Of a stretch of 62,760 bases of DNA, positions 1-13,227 are shown piece after piece. The stretch lies in the NCBI RefSeq assembly GCF_004010195.1, contig NC_057718.1, positions 32,686,486 to 32,749,245 of the forward strand. The letters run 5' to 3'. The notes under the pieces were generated by a model, which worked only from the letters and a program-made list of their open reading frames with translations, did not search any database and was not told the origin of the DNA. How positions within the stretch are numbered: position 1 is the first letter of the stretch; each line of letters opens with the position of its first letter. The DNA is from Chiloscyllium plagiosum (taxonomy: Eukaryota). Position numbers and translations under genes: made by a program.

Positions 1-216
1 ACAGAGTTCGATTCCCACCTCAGGCAACTGTCTGTGTGCAGTTTGTTTTCCTCCCACAATCCAAAGATGTGCAAGTTAGGTGAGACAGGGATGCATAGGT
101 TAGGTGCAATAGTTAGGGGTAAAACACAGGGGAATGGGTCTGGGTGGTGTACTCTTGGGAGGGTCAGTGTGAACTTGCTGGGTGCTAAAGGGCCTATTTC
201 CGTATTGTAGGGATTC
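1..216 (+). mobile_element. HE1-like tRNA-derived V-SINE (5' end cut by window edge)
   Basis: B-box gttcgattccc followed by V-domain-like ctcccacaatccaaagatgtgca and tail gggcctatttccgtattgtagggatt; matches the other HE1-like copies in the window. Confidence 0.8.
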
Positions 217-377
217 ATAGTCCCAAACTAAACTAGTCCCACCTGACTGTGCTTGGCCTATATACCTCCAAATATTTCTTATTCACGTACTTATACAAAC
301 ACCTTTTAAGCATTACAACAGTACCTGCATCCATCCCTTTCTCTGGAAATTAATTCCACACACATTACTCGGTGTAA
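217..377 (-). mobile_element. CR1-type LINE 3' end fragment
   Basis: Reverse complement of the CR1 3' end seen at 5962-6260 and 45995-46370. Confidence 0.7.
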
Positions 378-378
378 G

Positions 379-580
379 GATGACAGTTTGCCCACCTGAA
401 GGACATTAGTGATCCGGATGAGTTTTTCGACAATCAATTCATAATCATCATCAAATCTTTATTCCAGGTTTTTACGGAATTCAAATTCCACCATCTTTGG
501 CATGATTCGAACCTTGGTCCCCAGAATACTATCTGGATCGTTGGATTAACAATCCAATGATAATAAGCCGTTGCCTCCCC
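379..580 (-). mobile_element. tRNA-derived SINE, second family (5' half)
   Basis: Minus strand reads ggggaggcaacggc...ggggaccaaggttcgaatc (B box)...ggtggaatttgaattc. Confidence 0.6.
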
Positions 581-1641
581 TAATGATCTACTGTGCCCTG
601 CAAGAATGTGTCAAACCAATGCTTCATGCCCCTCTGAGTGTGAGCTGGCATTGTCAGTTTGGCCCTGCACAGGACTGTCACACAAGATTGGATGGCAGGC
701 ATCTCTATCGGAGCATTCATGTGTAATTGCTGACTGTTACTTCATTACAGTCACCAGTGCAAAGGAACCTCAAGTTACTGCATCTCATACACATGCCAGG
801 GATCATACTTAAAATATCAACACTCAGCAGATCACACATCATTGGCTTATTGACCTTTCATCGCAACAAGGAGAATGTACACATTTGAGACCTTTTCACC
901 AAAGGTTTGCATGGGACAAGCAAAATGACCAGAAAGCATGACTTCAGGATGAAAGTGTGGCAGGTATCTCCGGCACACAGATGATATAATACATTACTCT
1001 TTTTCATCAACTGTGTTTCTTTGAAAACACAGAGCCCTTCAACTCCTAAATTCCCCCTTACCACATTCTTCTTAATCGTAATGCAAACAATCCCATCTCT
1101 AGGAATGAACATCTCTATCTGTACCCATCAATGCACATGAAGTGCTCCCGTGCCCTTGTCTCTTCATGCAGGAGGAGAATGTGCACAATCAGCATGGATG
1201 GATACAGATGGCAGAGGATGCCTGACACACACTCACTTAACCAGCTGCAAACCAGGCTGACAGGAGATCAAGCAGAACATGCCTGTGCTGAACGGGAGAT
1301 TGGATATTATAGCCATGGAATGAGAAAGTCTCCAACCTGCTACTCCCAGCTCCACCCTGAAGCAGCAATGCCTTAACATGGTGTCAGCTCACGGCACAAA
1401 CAACTCTTTACGTTTTTCTCTGCAGGCCCCAAGTCCCTCTCTCAAGCCAGAATCAAAAGGTATCTCGATCCCCTCCAATCTCCATCTGCACCTCACAGCA
1501 CAGCCTGTGAACAAGGATGGCACCACAACACCCCTGAATACAGAGTTTTCAGGCAGGATAGCAAGGGTGGAGGTGTAGTAGTGATTAAAGAACTAATTAT
1601 AGCTGTGATGAGGGATAATGTACTAAATGGGGCTGACGCAG

Positions 1642-1730
1642 AGAATGCTGCAGAAAATCAGCAGGTCTGCAGCATCTGTGGAAGAGAAACAGAGTTAACA
1701 TGTTGAGTCTGGTGTGACTTCCTCAGAGCT
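1642..1730 (-). mobile_element. Decayed Penelope-like short element, subfamily C, degenerate hammerhead
   Basis: Minus strand ctCTGAGGA-AGTC-acacca-GACT-caacatgttaactctg...gatgctgcagacctgctga; related to 27618-27856 and 59065-59175. Confidence 0.5.
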
Positions 1731-1747
1731 TCACCTAAAGCGTTGTA

Positions 1748-1853
1748 ACCTAAGGCTATGGACAGGGTGCTGGAAAATGGGATTAGAATGGGCAGCTAGC
1801 ACAGACATGATGGGCTGAACGTGCTCTGTGTTGTAACTTTTCTGGTCGTATGG
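1748..1853 (+). mobile_element. CR1-type LINE 3' tail fragment
   Basis: aggctatggacagggtgctggaaaatgggattag...gatgggctgaa resembles the CR1 tails in this window. Confidence 0.55.
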
Positions 1854-3026
1854 TTTACTTTACATGCAAGTCTGAAAAAAAGTGACCTAGAACCTTAAAA
1901 GGTGGTGGTCAAACAGAATGACCCCAAAATGATTATGGCATTTGATGCGGAATTATAGTGGGAGTTTTTATGATTTTTATCACTCCCAGTTAGTTAGGGT
2001 CAATCTCAGAAGTGGGCACATCTCAGAAATGTTCTTCTATGGTTTAGAACATAGGAAAACAATGCACAATTCACACTCGATTTACTGGCACACTGATTGG
2101 GAAGCTGCACTGTAAAGGGTATTCCTTCGGAGTATGACATATTTCTGCTGTGAGGAAAACCAGTCAGTATTCACCAATCAATGGTTTCTTTGGTTACCCT
2201 CAATCCACAACTAGATACCAACCTCGATGATAGCGCACTGGCAGTCTGGGGCTGGTTTCCGCTGAGAGGTGAGTGGTTTACTGTTACGGGTACTGATACT
2301 ACAAGCAACCAACTTTGAGGTTTGTGTACTATTCTCACCAGTGCACATTTGTGTTGTATGAGCTATGTGGCAAGTTGGCTGCCAACATCCTTTTTCCTGC
2401 TCGGCTCTAGACGGTCTGCTCTGTAATAGGGTAATCGAGGAAAACCACTTAGTCATCTAATGAGAAAAGGCTCTTACCTTAAACAAAATGTGAATTATTG
2501 AATAATAGTAACAATGCACAAGTTACATCAATTAGTTAGTTACTGAGGCATTGAGGAAGGACCAGATGGTCCTTCGAGACTCTAAGCTGCTCTCCCACCA
2601 TGTCCACATAACATCATCACAGAGTGCTTCTTAAGACACACAAGGCATTAACCCTTTCGGACCCTTATACATCAGTTACTGCCACTGCTTGTAGAAAATC
2701 TGGCGTTTCTAATAGAACTCACCAAGAAGAACTTATTAACATTGGCGAAAGCAATGTCTCCCCAGCATTGCCCCTCACCTTGGGCACAAAAAGGAATGCT
2801 TGGTTTCTCACTGTGATGATTTGATTGTGTCGGTGTTAGGGCAGTTCACCACAAGGTTTATTGGAGTTTGTGCTCTCCAACACAATGAATGGAGTACAAG
2901 AAATGTCATTTCCATCATTGGCCTACAGCACAGAAACTGAATTTACAGGAAAATAACAGGAAGCAAAACATTACTGAAATATGAGCGGTGGTCAGATTTC
3001 CATGGTTTCCCTAGTTCCCCAAACTA

Positions 3027-3100
3027 TCTGATGAAGGAGCAGCGCTCAAAAAGCTTGTACTTCCAAATAAACCTGTTGGACTATAACCTGGTGTTGTCTG
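3027..3100 (+). mobile_element. Penelope-like short element fragment, subfamily B, hammerhead core mutated
   Basis: ctgatgaaggagcagcgctcaaaaagcttgtacttccaaataaacctgttggactataacctggtgttg matches 14934-15005, but GAAA is changed to AAAA. Confidence 0.75.
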
Positions 3101-3491
3101 GTTTCCCTGCGGTGCTGCATGGACAGCTAGTTTTACCTGAAGTATACTATATTTATCAAGACCCAGTGACAGTTGAATTTGGTGACCCAGAACACAGTCA
3201 CAGCTCTAACAAAGGTCCATCTTCTGACAGGGATATGGATCAACAAGCAAGGTGGAATCACATGAGCAGAACCAGAGAAACCTTCTCAGATTCCTTCATC
3301 TGAAAGGGTGGAGGGGTTCACGGATAAAATGTCAACCATCATCTTCTTCAGGTGCCCAGTGAATCTAACAACAAGAAAATGAAGTGAAGGGCTTAGAGAG
3401 GAGGAGGTCAGTAAAAGTCAGCTTCAGATTTCTGCACTCGCTTACAGAAACAGAGGAAAATCGAAGAATGTAAAGAGAAACTGTCCACTGT

Positions 3492-3795
3492 ACCTGGGTG
3501 AATGCAGCTCCACCACCACTCAGGAAATTCAACATTGCCAGTTAAAAGCCCAGCCCATTTAATTGGTACCCAACCCACCTCCTGAAACATTCCCTGCCTC
3601 TGCCATGGTGCACAATTGCTATAGAATGTACCATCTAGAGAACACTTTGCATCAACTTGTCAAGGCTCCTTCAAGCACACTTCTCAAACCTGCAACTTCC
3701 ACCAGCATGTAACCTCCACCGCCGAGTAATAACAATTAGCATTGGGCTATAAGTGCAGAGCTTGTGTGAGCGGCACCCATTGGTTGGCATGCACA
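3492..3795 (+). mobile_element. 3' fragment of a second CR1/L2-clade LINE family
   Basis: cctgggtgaatgcagctccaccaccactcagg...caaggctcc aligns with 12240-12430 and 20410-20610. Confidence 0.6.
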
Positions 3796-4154
3796 AAAAT
3801 CTTTTTAAAATGGCCCACTGTCTTTGGGAAGTCCAAGTTCCAATAGCAACTGCCGTTTGAGAACTATGGAATGCAACGTGGTCCTGCAGGCAGCCAGTTC
3901 CTGCACCTCATCAATCACTGCCCTCAGCTCATCCCATGGACTCCCTTCTAACTTTACACAGAGCAATCACCACATTTATCCAAACAGTTGCTGCAGTGCT
4001 TCAAATCATTCAGAAATGCGAAAGCACATCAATGATAAGTTCCTAATGAAGAGTGTTTCCGAAGAAGTGCATTCATTCACATTATCCGGATGGAGTCAGC
4101 TGGCTGCTATTTTGAACCGTTCACCTTCTAGTCAAGCATCTAGCAAATTGGATG

Positions 4155-4270
4155 GGGGCCTTATGATACTGTGGCAGTGTCCTCATCTCTGAGCCAGAGG
4201 CCTAGGTTCAAGTTTCATTTGTTCCGGAGGTCTAAATAACATCTCTGAACAGGTTGATTAGAAAATATTT
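4155..4270 (+). mobile_element. Short tRNA-derived SINE (third family)
   Basis: ctctgagccagaggcctaggttcaagt (B-box-like)...atctctgaacaggttgattagaaaat; further copies at 16735 (+) and 48715 (-). Confidence 0.6.
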
Positions 4271-5475
4271 CGAGCAAATTATAAATCTTGGCTAACACTT
4301 CTATCAATCATAGCCTCTTAACAAATACTGCAAGGTTTTGAATTTATCTGAGGATTATTTAGCCTAGTGCTGATTAACAAAGATTGTGAAACCCACCTTT
4401 TCACTTCCTAATTCCTTCTTCACGTGCTACTCATCTGTTTGGAAATTCACTTTTTTCAAAAACAATGGTCAGTGATTACTTTAAGAATTATTCCATATAT
4501 TATCCTGATGGCTAATAGAAATGATTTCAAATGTAGAATTCAAAAATTAATAACCAGAGAATATTTCAGGAATAATTAAACATGGCAAGAGTAAGATCAT
4601 AGCAAGTTACATAAAATGATTCTGGAATTAATCTTAGTGTATGGTTGCAGCTAATCGCACCTTATTAAATCGGTTTAAAGACCTATACAGAGAATGGTAC
4701 GGTTTCCCTCCCTTAAGTACTTTTATCGCTAACACTTTAGTCTATGTGATCTTCTGGACTGGGTTTGATCTCAACTGATTAAAGAGAAAATTCCTTCCCT
4801 GACTGATTCTGTTTTTTTTCTTGACTTGGGTGAGTGGGTGGAAGAGAGGGGAGTTCTGTTTGTCTGACCACGATGGCATACAGTAGGTTGGATGAATCAA
4901 CTGGTCCTACCCCAGCCATTAATTTTGTGCAATTCTAGAATCTGCATGGCCAATTTACATCCATCAGGAAACTGAAAAAGAATGAGTGCAATTCTGGTTT
5001 TGCACCTAGCTCCATTTTCCTCTTCGCCGCCCAAGGAGTAAGTTAAATCTATCTGGTAAAATACCTAAATCAGGATCTACACTTGCCTTCCAGCCACAGT
5101 GCCAGTAAATTCTATCCTCATGAAATCCAGTCAGTCCTTTCAAGGGACAGAACTGGTAACAGCCTGATCTGGCACTAAAGGACCCTAATGTACACTGCAT
5201 GTTATTACCAAGTTATTTTAAAAGCACGAGAGGACAGTTATCATATTGCATGGTAAACATTTCTTATGGAAGTGCGAGACTTAGGATTCTTTGAAGGACT
5301 TCAGAACACTGTTACAAATTGCCTTATGAATGCAAGAGGTTAGTATCATTTTGGGGGTAAGAGACTGGTTTCCAAACCAGTGCTTCTTTAGCTCAAGCTT
5401 ATTGAGTCAATCCAGCCTCTTCCTCTGAGTAAACTCAGGAAACAGAAAATCATTTCTCCACTTGATTGGATCAAC

Positions 5476-5488
5476 TGCCATCTAGTGG
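5476..5488 (-). promoter_or_regulatory. CTCF core motif (candidate)
   Basis: Minus strand CCACTAGATGGCA matches the CTCF core consensus CCASYAGRKGGC; sequence match only. Confidence 0.45.
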
Positions 5489-5961
5489 ATGGAAGACAAA
5501 GCACAACATTTTCATACAGTTGTGGGACATTCTGAGGACTATGTTCATGCACCGTAACCTCTCCACTCTGGAATGCTTTCGACCAAGTTGCTTGTGGATT
5601 TTTAAATATTCTCGATTGCAGAATGATATTAAAATTCTGAACCACAAACATGAGAATCAGAAACTCTGTAGATATAAATATTTACCCCAAGCAAATATCA
5701 GTGATAAAGCACTAAAAAGCATGAATAAAAATGGTTTTCCTTATCTAAAGTACAGTAACCTCCAGATTTCTCCTCCCAAGGTACTGTACTGGAATGAACT
5801 GCTGCAGTCTGTTTAACACAATTCTGGGCCCCTGGATTTTCTCAACAATAGATTTGGAGAAGCTACAGGATATATATTAAAATGGCCACTTCTTTCATTC
5901 AGCTAATTTTGGTTTTACATAAATTTTGTCAGTGACGTACTATAAATAGAGTTAATGGTAG

Positions 5962-6260
5962 TTGCCTTTTCCCAAGGACCAGGAATTTCAAGACTCGGGG
6001 GCACTTTTTTTAAAAAAGTGAGGAGAGAGATTTTAAAAAGACATTAGGAGCGCATTTTTTACACAGAGGAATGAACTTCCTGAGGAAGTGGTGGATGTGA
6101 GTACAATTACAACGGTTAAGAGAAACTTGGTGAAGTACATGAATAGCAAATGTTTTAAGGGATTTGGGCCAGGAGCAGACAGGTGGGACTAGTTTATTTT
6201 GGGATTATGTTTGGCACAGACTGTTGGAACGAAGGGTCTGTTTCCACACTCTATGACTCT
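5962..6260 (+). mobile_element. CR1-type LINE 3' end
   Basis: End of ORF2 (ggaatgaacttcctgaggaagtggtggatg, WNELPEEVV-like) and tail gggtctgtttccacactctatgactct. Confidence 0.8.
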
Positions 6261-9044
6261 AATTATTGCATTATTTACTAGTTTTCCTGGATAACAGCTC
6301 CAACACTTCCCTCAAAAAAAAACAAACAGTCTGATCCCTCCTTGCTGCTTCAAAATTCCAATTCTGATAAAGCACAAAAATAGTCAGCAATAATGAAGCC
6401 CAGTGAAAGTACTCCTTTTTATACCCCAATCTAAAATTAGGACTAGCAAATATTTCTTGGCATTGCCTGTGAGAGCTGGTAAATGTACTAGATTTATTGG
6501 AACATTATATCATGTAACGAATTATGTAAATGATGGTTCGTAATATCATTGATGATAATAACATTGTTCATGTGAGATGAATGACGTGCGAGCCTGCTGA
6601 TAGATGGGTGCTATTCAGAAGCAAGACTGAGCAGGAAACTCTTTCTCTGCCTGCCACATGCATCATGAAAGGATTTGCAAGTTGAGAAACCGCCTGCTTG
6701 TTTGCATTATTAACTCACCTTCCTCATCCTTCATGTGGGATTTAAACTTTGTGCTTCTGGCTCAGAGGTGGGTTGCTACCCAGTGTGCCACCATATCTTA
6801 CCCCACCTCCACCTCCCTCACAATGTTTCAACAATCGAAGATGATTTGAGCAGGTACCCAAGTCAGGAAGCATTTGAGCTGACAGGGTAAGTGAGTAGAT
6901 AGATTGCCAAGCATGCAGATTGGATGGACTAACTCTGATCCGGAGGGTGAAACCATGGTGGGATTCTGTGGGGCCAATGGGAGTCTCAACTAGGCTCAAG
7001 AAACAGCAGAAAATCACCAACAGTTCTCCCAGGGGGAGGGGTGGATACCTGGTGGAATTGTCAGATTTCCCCCAGGATTGACAGCATGTTCACTGAGAGC
7101 TGTCAGCCAGTGCGAGGCCAGCACTTGTCACTGCAAGCAACAGTGGGAACAGCAGCTGGTAGGAGATCACAGGACAGGCTATAGCAGAGGGTTTGGAGGC
7201 AAGGGCAGAGGATGGCTTTCAGTTGTCCCTCTCCTTCCCAATGCCTGCCACCCTCCCCAATAGTGCACAGAAAGCTCAATCACAAGGGATTCTGTGAAAA
7301 ACCACTGGCAAGTGCAAAGAGAATTCCACAGCAGCTAGTGGAATTTAAATTCATGTTAATGTGAGGAAAAGAGTAGTTCTCCTTCAAAACAGGGCTCTAC
7401 GTGGTACGGCACCAAGAAATGGGTTGCCTCTGTAGCTTACAGCACCAGTTACAACGACAGTCAGACAGGTGGTGATATAAAGTGGCAGTGCATTTATGAA
7501 TGTGGGCTTCTATTTCCAATGAAATGTTACCCACGCCATCCACATAGCCTCAAATGCTTCTCATTTTCATTTCCCTCCCATTACATGAACATACAGTTGC
7601 ATAAGCATGGCACCATTGAGGCACAGAGCTGATGTAATGAGTTGAGCAATGGAGAATTTTGTGAGATAACTCACTAGCATTCACGAAGAGAAACCCTCCG
7701 TGAAGATTCCAGAAACTGACACAAGGCTGATTTTTGATAAAAATGAGCTTTGAATGTATGATGACAGAAAAAGACAAAAGCTGCGGTGTATTTAGAATAT
7801 ATTGAAGGTAGATGGGTGGTGAAGAATTTAGATTTACTTTAGGAATAGGCATCAGGAATTCAACTCTTTAAATCTGTTCTCTTCCTCTATTAGATCACGG
7901 TTGTTAACCTAACTCCGTTTACCCACCAGTCTTGCATTTCACCTAATACTCTTACTTCATCAATTCTTGTCAATTTTAGACTTAATGTTCGATGGTAACA
8001 AAGGCAGCTTCACCAAAACAACCTGAAACTTACATTTAAGTATAAACAAACACGATAATTCTCTGGCAAACAGGCTAGCATCCACCTCACATACTCTGAA
8101 TTATAATGTGGTAAACATCTAGATATAAGAATCTTTGTGTGATTATTAAACTGAGAAAAAAAAATCTGTTCATTAAATAATGTAAGTATATGCTTTGCCT
8201 TATATGTGTGTCTTGATGTGGGAAAACTACTCGGCCTAAATCACTGAGTCTAAAATTGCTCATCAATCCAACACCTGTTTTGTCAGTCATTTAGCAAACT
8301 GCGGCTCTGCTGGTAGTTTTAAACCCTAATGATTTCACTGCCATCTCATATCATCCTCTTTCCAATATTTATCATAATCATTCACTGTAGCAAATGATTC
8401 CATCCTCCAACTCTCTAACGAAATTTCTTCTAAAACATCTCATTCTGTACATTTAATGTTGATGAATCATTATCATAAATTTCCCACAAGAAATAGTCTC
8501 TGTTCAATCAAATGTACTCACAGCATTTTTACCTCAGCAAAATGTCTGCAAATTATCTCTAAGAAAACTCATCTTTACTTAAAATGCCAGGTATACTTCA
8601 GAACACAAGATGACAGCTCAAACAAATGTTATTGGGGGAGATTAGTTGCTTCCCACTTCCCATAAATTTGGTGCTGGAAACTTTAAACAAATTAAGCAAT
8701 TGTTTAGGTTGTTGGGATTTACTCATAAGTATCTTTTCTAGCTCATTCTTTCCTGTTTTTTAAATTTATAAGTTCCCTACTTCAATTTTGAGTTATTACT
8801 GTGTTATTAACATGATACTTAAGCTAATTTTGTGCAAGTGATGCATATCAAGTGTAGTCATCCATCATCAAATCTGGCCGGACCACATGAAGTGCTATTG
8901 AATGTCCTCTGATTCTTATGTCAAAGCGGTACTTTCTCCCTCTTTGTACATGATAAATAATTAGCTTAGTATACTTTTGACTAAACTTTGATAAAATAAA
9001 CTTTCACACATGTCATAGATGATGTATATTGCAGGCACTGAATG

Positions 9045-9220
9045 GACCATTTGGAACTATATATTGCCATTCCCTCATTGTTGCTGGATCAAAGCCCTGG
9101 AACTTCCTCTCCAACAACATGGTGGTGTACACTTCAAAGACTGCACTGGTTCAAGAAGGCAGAGCACTCCCACCTTCTCAAGGGCGATTCGGGATGGACA
9201 ATAAGTGCCAATGAATGATT
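9045..9220 (+). mobile_element. 3' tail of second CR1/L2-clade LINE family
   Basis: ctggatcaaagccctggaact...ggttcaagaaggcag...caagggcgattcgggatggacaataa; same tail as 12660-12818 and 20730-20893. Confidence 0.65.
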
Positions 9221-10655
9221 AAGTAATTGGCATTGTTAATACTGATAAAGGATATGCTTTTACACAAGGTTGAAGGTCAGGTCATAGTGCGGAGGGTGTT
9301 GAGCAGTGGTGGAGCATGTGGTGCTGTGATAAAGAATTGGAGGAACTGTGTTTTACTGTTCTTATGAAATAACTTGAATTGTCAGCCTCAATCCCTTGCT
9401 TCCTCATAACTAAAATAAAAAACAGTGGCATGTAATTCATTCTGTTCATGACATCAGAACAAAATTGTTTTGAGTTGTTTGCTGAACAACTCGTGCTTGA
9501 TATACAGTGATTCATTGATTTAGTAAATTAAACACTGGTTGCGTACGTGACAAATGAAACATTGCATTGTGTAGTCTACAGTCTTAATGTGGACTTTTAG
9601 GTATCAGAATGGCTCATCAAGTGCATCCTTTTGCTTATTCAGAACAACCAGTGAACATTCCACAGCCTTCCTATTACCCAGCCTACCTGAGAGTGTAGAA
9701 TGGTTCAATCCACTTAACCTACAAACTCCCGACAACGTCTGCTGACTGCCATTTTGAATCAGACTAAGATAGTAAGTAATGCTGGTTGAGCAGAGCACTT
9801 ACTGGCTGCACAACCACTTATTCCAGAGTCCATCTGGAAACTTCCTCCATTCTCATACAATGCCAAGAAGCAGGACTTGACACTTTAAGGTTGACTAAAA
9901 CAGTGAGAGAGTGGAAACTACCTCAAGACTGCAAGAAAAGCACATACCCACTTCAGCACAAACCAGGGTAGATCTTTCAGGTCTCTGTGATTCAGAACCA
10001 CAGCAAACAATAAGTATTAAAGCTATTGTAAAACACCGGTGATTTGGTCCCATGTAACTAGAGTGCCCTCAATTTTCTGCCTCACCACTGGATGTTAAAG
10101 CACTCTGCCACCATTTTGTTTCCTCAGATCCTGAGTTCTGAATTAATTTCTCAGAATCCCAATTGATAGCCCCATGTGTTACAAGGTTCAGTTTATTTTC
10201 ATAATAAATATTTGGCCTTTGCAATGTTTCTTTTTTAGTAAGCAACACTCCAGACTACGAAAGGTCAGCTAGGAGAAGGTCAGCAAAGGGAGAGACCATC
10301 ATTTTGTTCCCAACCTTGATATAAATTCCAGCCAGCTAACTGCACATTGTGAAACAAACAAACAGTTTTAAATAACTGTGTGGCAGTTCTCAATGAGCTC
10401 AGCAGTAACTTGTGGCGTGCATGGAGATAATAATTCACTAGGCGTACAAACAGAGAACTTATCCCATGACTGAGAAATACTTCAATTATTTCAGACTGAC
10501 CCATTGCTGTCCATCAATCTGCATCTTCTCCGAATCATTTGCCGTGCTAGGGAATGCACAGTAACAAGAGGATGGCTTGATCACACAGGGATTGGGTTGC
10601 TGTTTTAAGACGACATGCCTGACTTCTCTACTGCCAAGTGATAATCTATGCACCA

Positions 10656-11347
10656 GAAAAAGAAGAGTTTCTGCCAGCTACTACAGCAGCAGCCATGGTA
10701 AAACCAGCTGCACAGCCAGTTTACTTAGCAGCACAGGAGCCCCTACCTACTCCCTCCACTGAGATACGCAAAAAAAACCCAATGCAAGCCATCTCCCCAC
10801 ACCAAGGAATGGATGAATTCCAACAAATCCTAATGAAGAGCTTTTGCCGGAAATGTCGACTTTCCTGCTCTTTGGATGCTGCCTGACCTGCTGCGCTTTT
10901 CCAGCACCACTCTAATCTTGACTCTAATCTCCAGCATCTGCAGGCACGGTGGCACAGTGGTTAGCACTGCTGCCTCACAGCACCAGAGACCCGGGTTCAA
11001 TTCCCGCCTCAGGCGACTGACTGTGTGGAGTTTGCACGTTCTCCCCGTGTCTGCGTGGGAAAAAGAAGAGTTTCTGCCAGCTACTACAGCAGCAGCCATG
11101 GTAAAACCAGCTGCACAGCCAGTTTATTTAGCAGCACAGGAGCCCCTACCTACTCCCTCCACTGAGATACGCAAAAAAAAAACAATGCAAGCCATCTCCC
11201 CACACCAAGGAATGGGTGAATTCCAACAAATCCTAATGAAGAGCTTTTGCCGGAAACGTCGACTTTCCTGCTCTTTGGATGCTGCCTGACCTGCTGCGCT
11301 TTTCCAGCGCCACTCTAATCTTGACTCTAATCTCCATCATCTGCAGG
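10656..11347. repeat. 289-bp direct duplication (10656-10944 and 11059-11347) bracketing a SINE fragment
   Basis: Direct comparison gives about 7 substitutions in 289 bp; the ORF track repeats the peptide EKEEFLPATTAAAMVKPAAQ. Confidence 0.95.
10945..11058 (+). mobile_element. HE1-like SINE, 5' head only (3'-truncated)
   Basis: Intact A box tggcacagtgg and B box ggttcaattcc with CpGs retained; stops abruptly at gtctgcgtgg. Confidence 0.9.
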
Positions 11348-11361
11348 ACCCACTTTCGCCT
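11230..11361 (+). mobile_element. Penelope-like short element, subfamily A (partial duplicate at 10827-10944)
   Basis: cctaatgaagagc...ggaaacgtcgac...gatgctgcctgacctgctgcgcttttccagc; TSD aattccaacaa at 11219-11229 and 11362-11372. Confidence 0.75.
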
Positions 11362-12054
11362 AATTCCAACAACTACACACCACAAAAGGAGAAATTAGCT
11401 GACTATTAAATTTCTAATTTTGATAAATATTTTCCTGCTTAGAGAAGATGGGAAGTCATGTTACTTTCTGTATTGGTGATTAATGTTTATAACAGTTTAT
11501 TTTGTTATTACCCTCTCTGTAGGGAGGTGCAAATAAAAGTAGTTTAAGAATGGCTGCCTGTAAGTCTAAATACAAACAACAGAAAGATGACAGTCAGACA
11601 GGGATGGAATTTTATTTGAGAAAATAAAACTGAAGAACATTGTGATATATTTTGAGGACGGACAAAGTTGATTTTGGGGAAGTTTGATCACTATGAATGA
11701 AGGTACTGCATTCACATTGTATTCAGATCCACAAAGTGTCAGAGTGGTAAGTGAATTAAAGAAAACTGACCCTGAAGCTATACTTGGGGATATGGCAAAC
11801 TTTCACGTCAATGAGCAGAACTGGTGTAATTAGCAACAACGATTTAACTTTTTGGCTGAATGTGAATAATGGGGTCTGAGGTTAAAGTAATTGTTTTCCA
11901 ATGATGAGGTTAGATACTATTGATGTGGTGTTTAACCAATGTTGCCTGAGATATCCCATTTCAATAGAATCTGCTGAAATTAATGAAATTTTCCATATAT
12001 GTTATGACACTCGAATTGCACGGAGCGCTCAGTTCTAGTAGTTGCCAAGTGAGA

Positions 12055-12818
12055 TATTATTATCAACATCATGGGGGTTAGCATTGACCAGAGACTGAAC
12101 TGGGATTAACCATTCATTCAGAGGCCATAACAGGAGATCAGAGGCTAAAAATCCTGCATTGAGTAACTCACCTCCTGACTCTCCAAAACCTGTCCACTAT
12201 TTGCAAAGGCACAAGTCAAGAATGTGATGGAATACCCCTCACTTGCCTGAAGGAGTGCAGCTCCAACAACAAGAATTTCAACACCATTAAAGCCCACTTA
12301 ACTAGCACCACATCTACAAACACACATTCCTTTCCTCACCAACACTCTGTAGTAGTATTTGTACTATCCACAAGATGCGCTGTAGTAACATACCAAGACT
12401 CCTCCAACAGCACCTTCTAAATGTATAACCACTACCATCTAGAAGGACAAGGGCAGCAAATTCATGGGAACACCAAAGTTGTCATCAAGCCACACAGTGG
12501 GCCTGTATCAACGTTATTTAATTCCAAAACTCTATTTAACAGGACAAGTGTAGTTTGGGGTTTGTTGGTTAGTATAGGCATGGTGGGCTGAAGAACCTGT
12601 TTCTATGCTGAATGATCATGACTCCATGACCATGGTGATGAGGAAAAATATTGCCTTTCCTTCAGTGTCCTTGGAACTCCCTACCAATTGGAACTGTAGG
12701 GTCTACCTAATGCAAATGGACTGCAGCAGCAGTTCAAGATGGCAGCTCACCACCAACTTCTCAAGGGCAAGGAGGGATGGGCAATAAATCCTGCCAGCAA
12801 AGCCAGTGAATGAATAAA
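12055..12818 (+). mobile_element. 3' part of second CR1/L2-clade LINE family
   Basis: Collinear with 20230-20893 (ggggttagcattgaccag...gtgcagctccaacaa...gatgggcaataaa); interrupted by a small CR1 tail near 12560-12625. Confidence 0.7.
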
Positions 12819-13227
12819 ACATGATTATTGCAGATGAAATCCTAAAAGTAACAGAACACTTTTGTCACTGGTCAAGTTAGAAAGCAACCTGAGAGACATG
12901 TTTGTATGACACCCAAAAAATAACAATCAAATCCAGGACATGCTTTTGAGCAAAGCAACAGAGTGATAAGGGATGGGACCTGCAATGAGGTCATAGCCAT
13001 GGAAATGCCAGAAAGAGAGAGCTGTGAATTGCCACAACCAGCAAGGAAGGTCCACTAGAGTTCACAGAGCCAGGCCACAATACCTCCGTTGTGGAGTCAG
13101 AAATTTGGAATGTTATCTTTACATCATGGTCACCAATCATGCAGATGCCGCCATTTCCAGTCCAAGTGCTTTGTCTTTGGGGAACTCAGTCAGATCCAGG
13201 TGCCATATGGGAATTAAGGAAACGGTT

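Noticed and set aside
2723..2778. Minus-strand exon-like segment (EGQCWGDIAFANVNKFFL) ending in GTGAGT
   Set aside because: The peptide is not recognisable, the putative acceptor also reads as a donor, and there is no consistent exon chain.
3806..4192. 122-aa plus ORF and antisense peptide LEGSPWDELRAVIDEVQEL...
   Set aside because: No recognisable domain, weak splice context, compatible with chance.
7675..7747. Minus-strand segment with polypyrimidine-AG and GTGAGT
   Set aside because: The open frames give no recognisable protein; it could be a non-coding exon but cannot be supported without RNA data.
9601..9770. Plus-strand ttttag...gtaagt exon-like segment
   Set aside because: Stops in all three frames; no other support.
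10638..11289. Repeated peptide EKEEFLPATTAAAMVKPAAQ suggesting a repeat protein
   Set aside because: An artefact of the 289-bp DNA duplication; the ORFs run through SINE and Penelope-like sequence.
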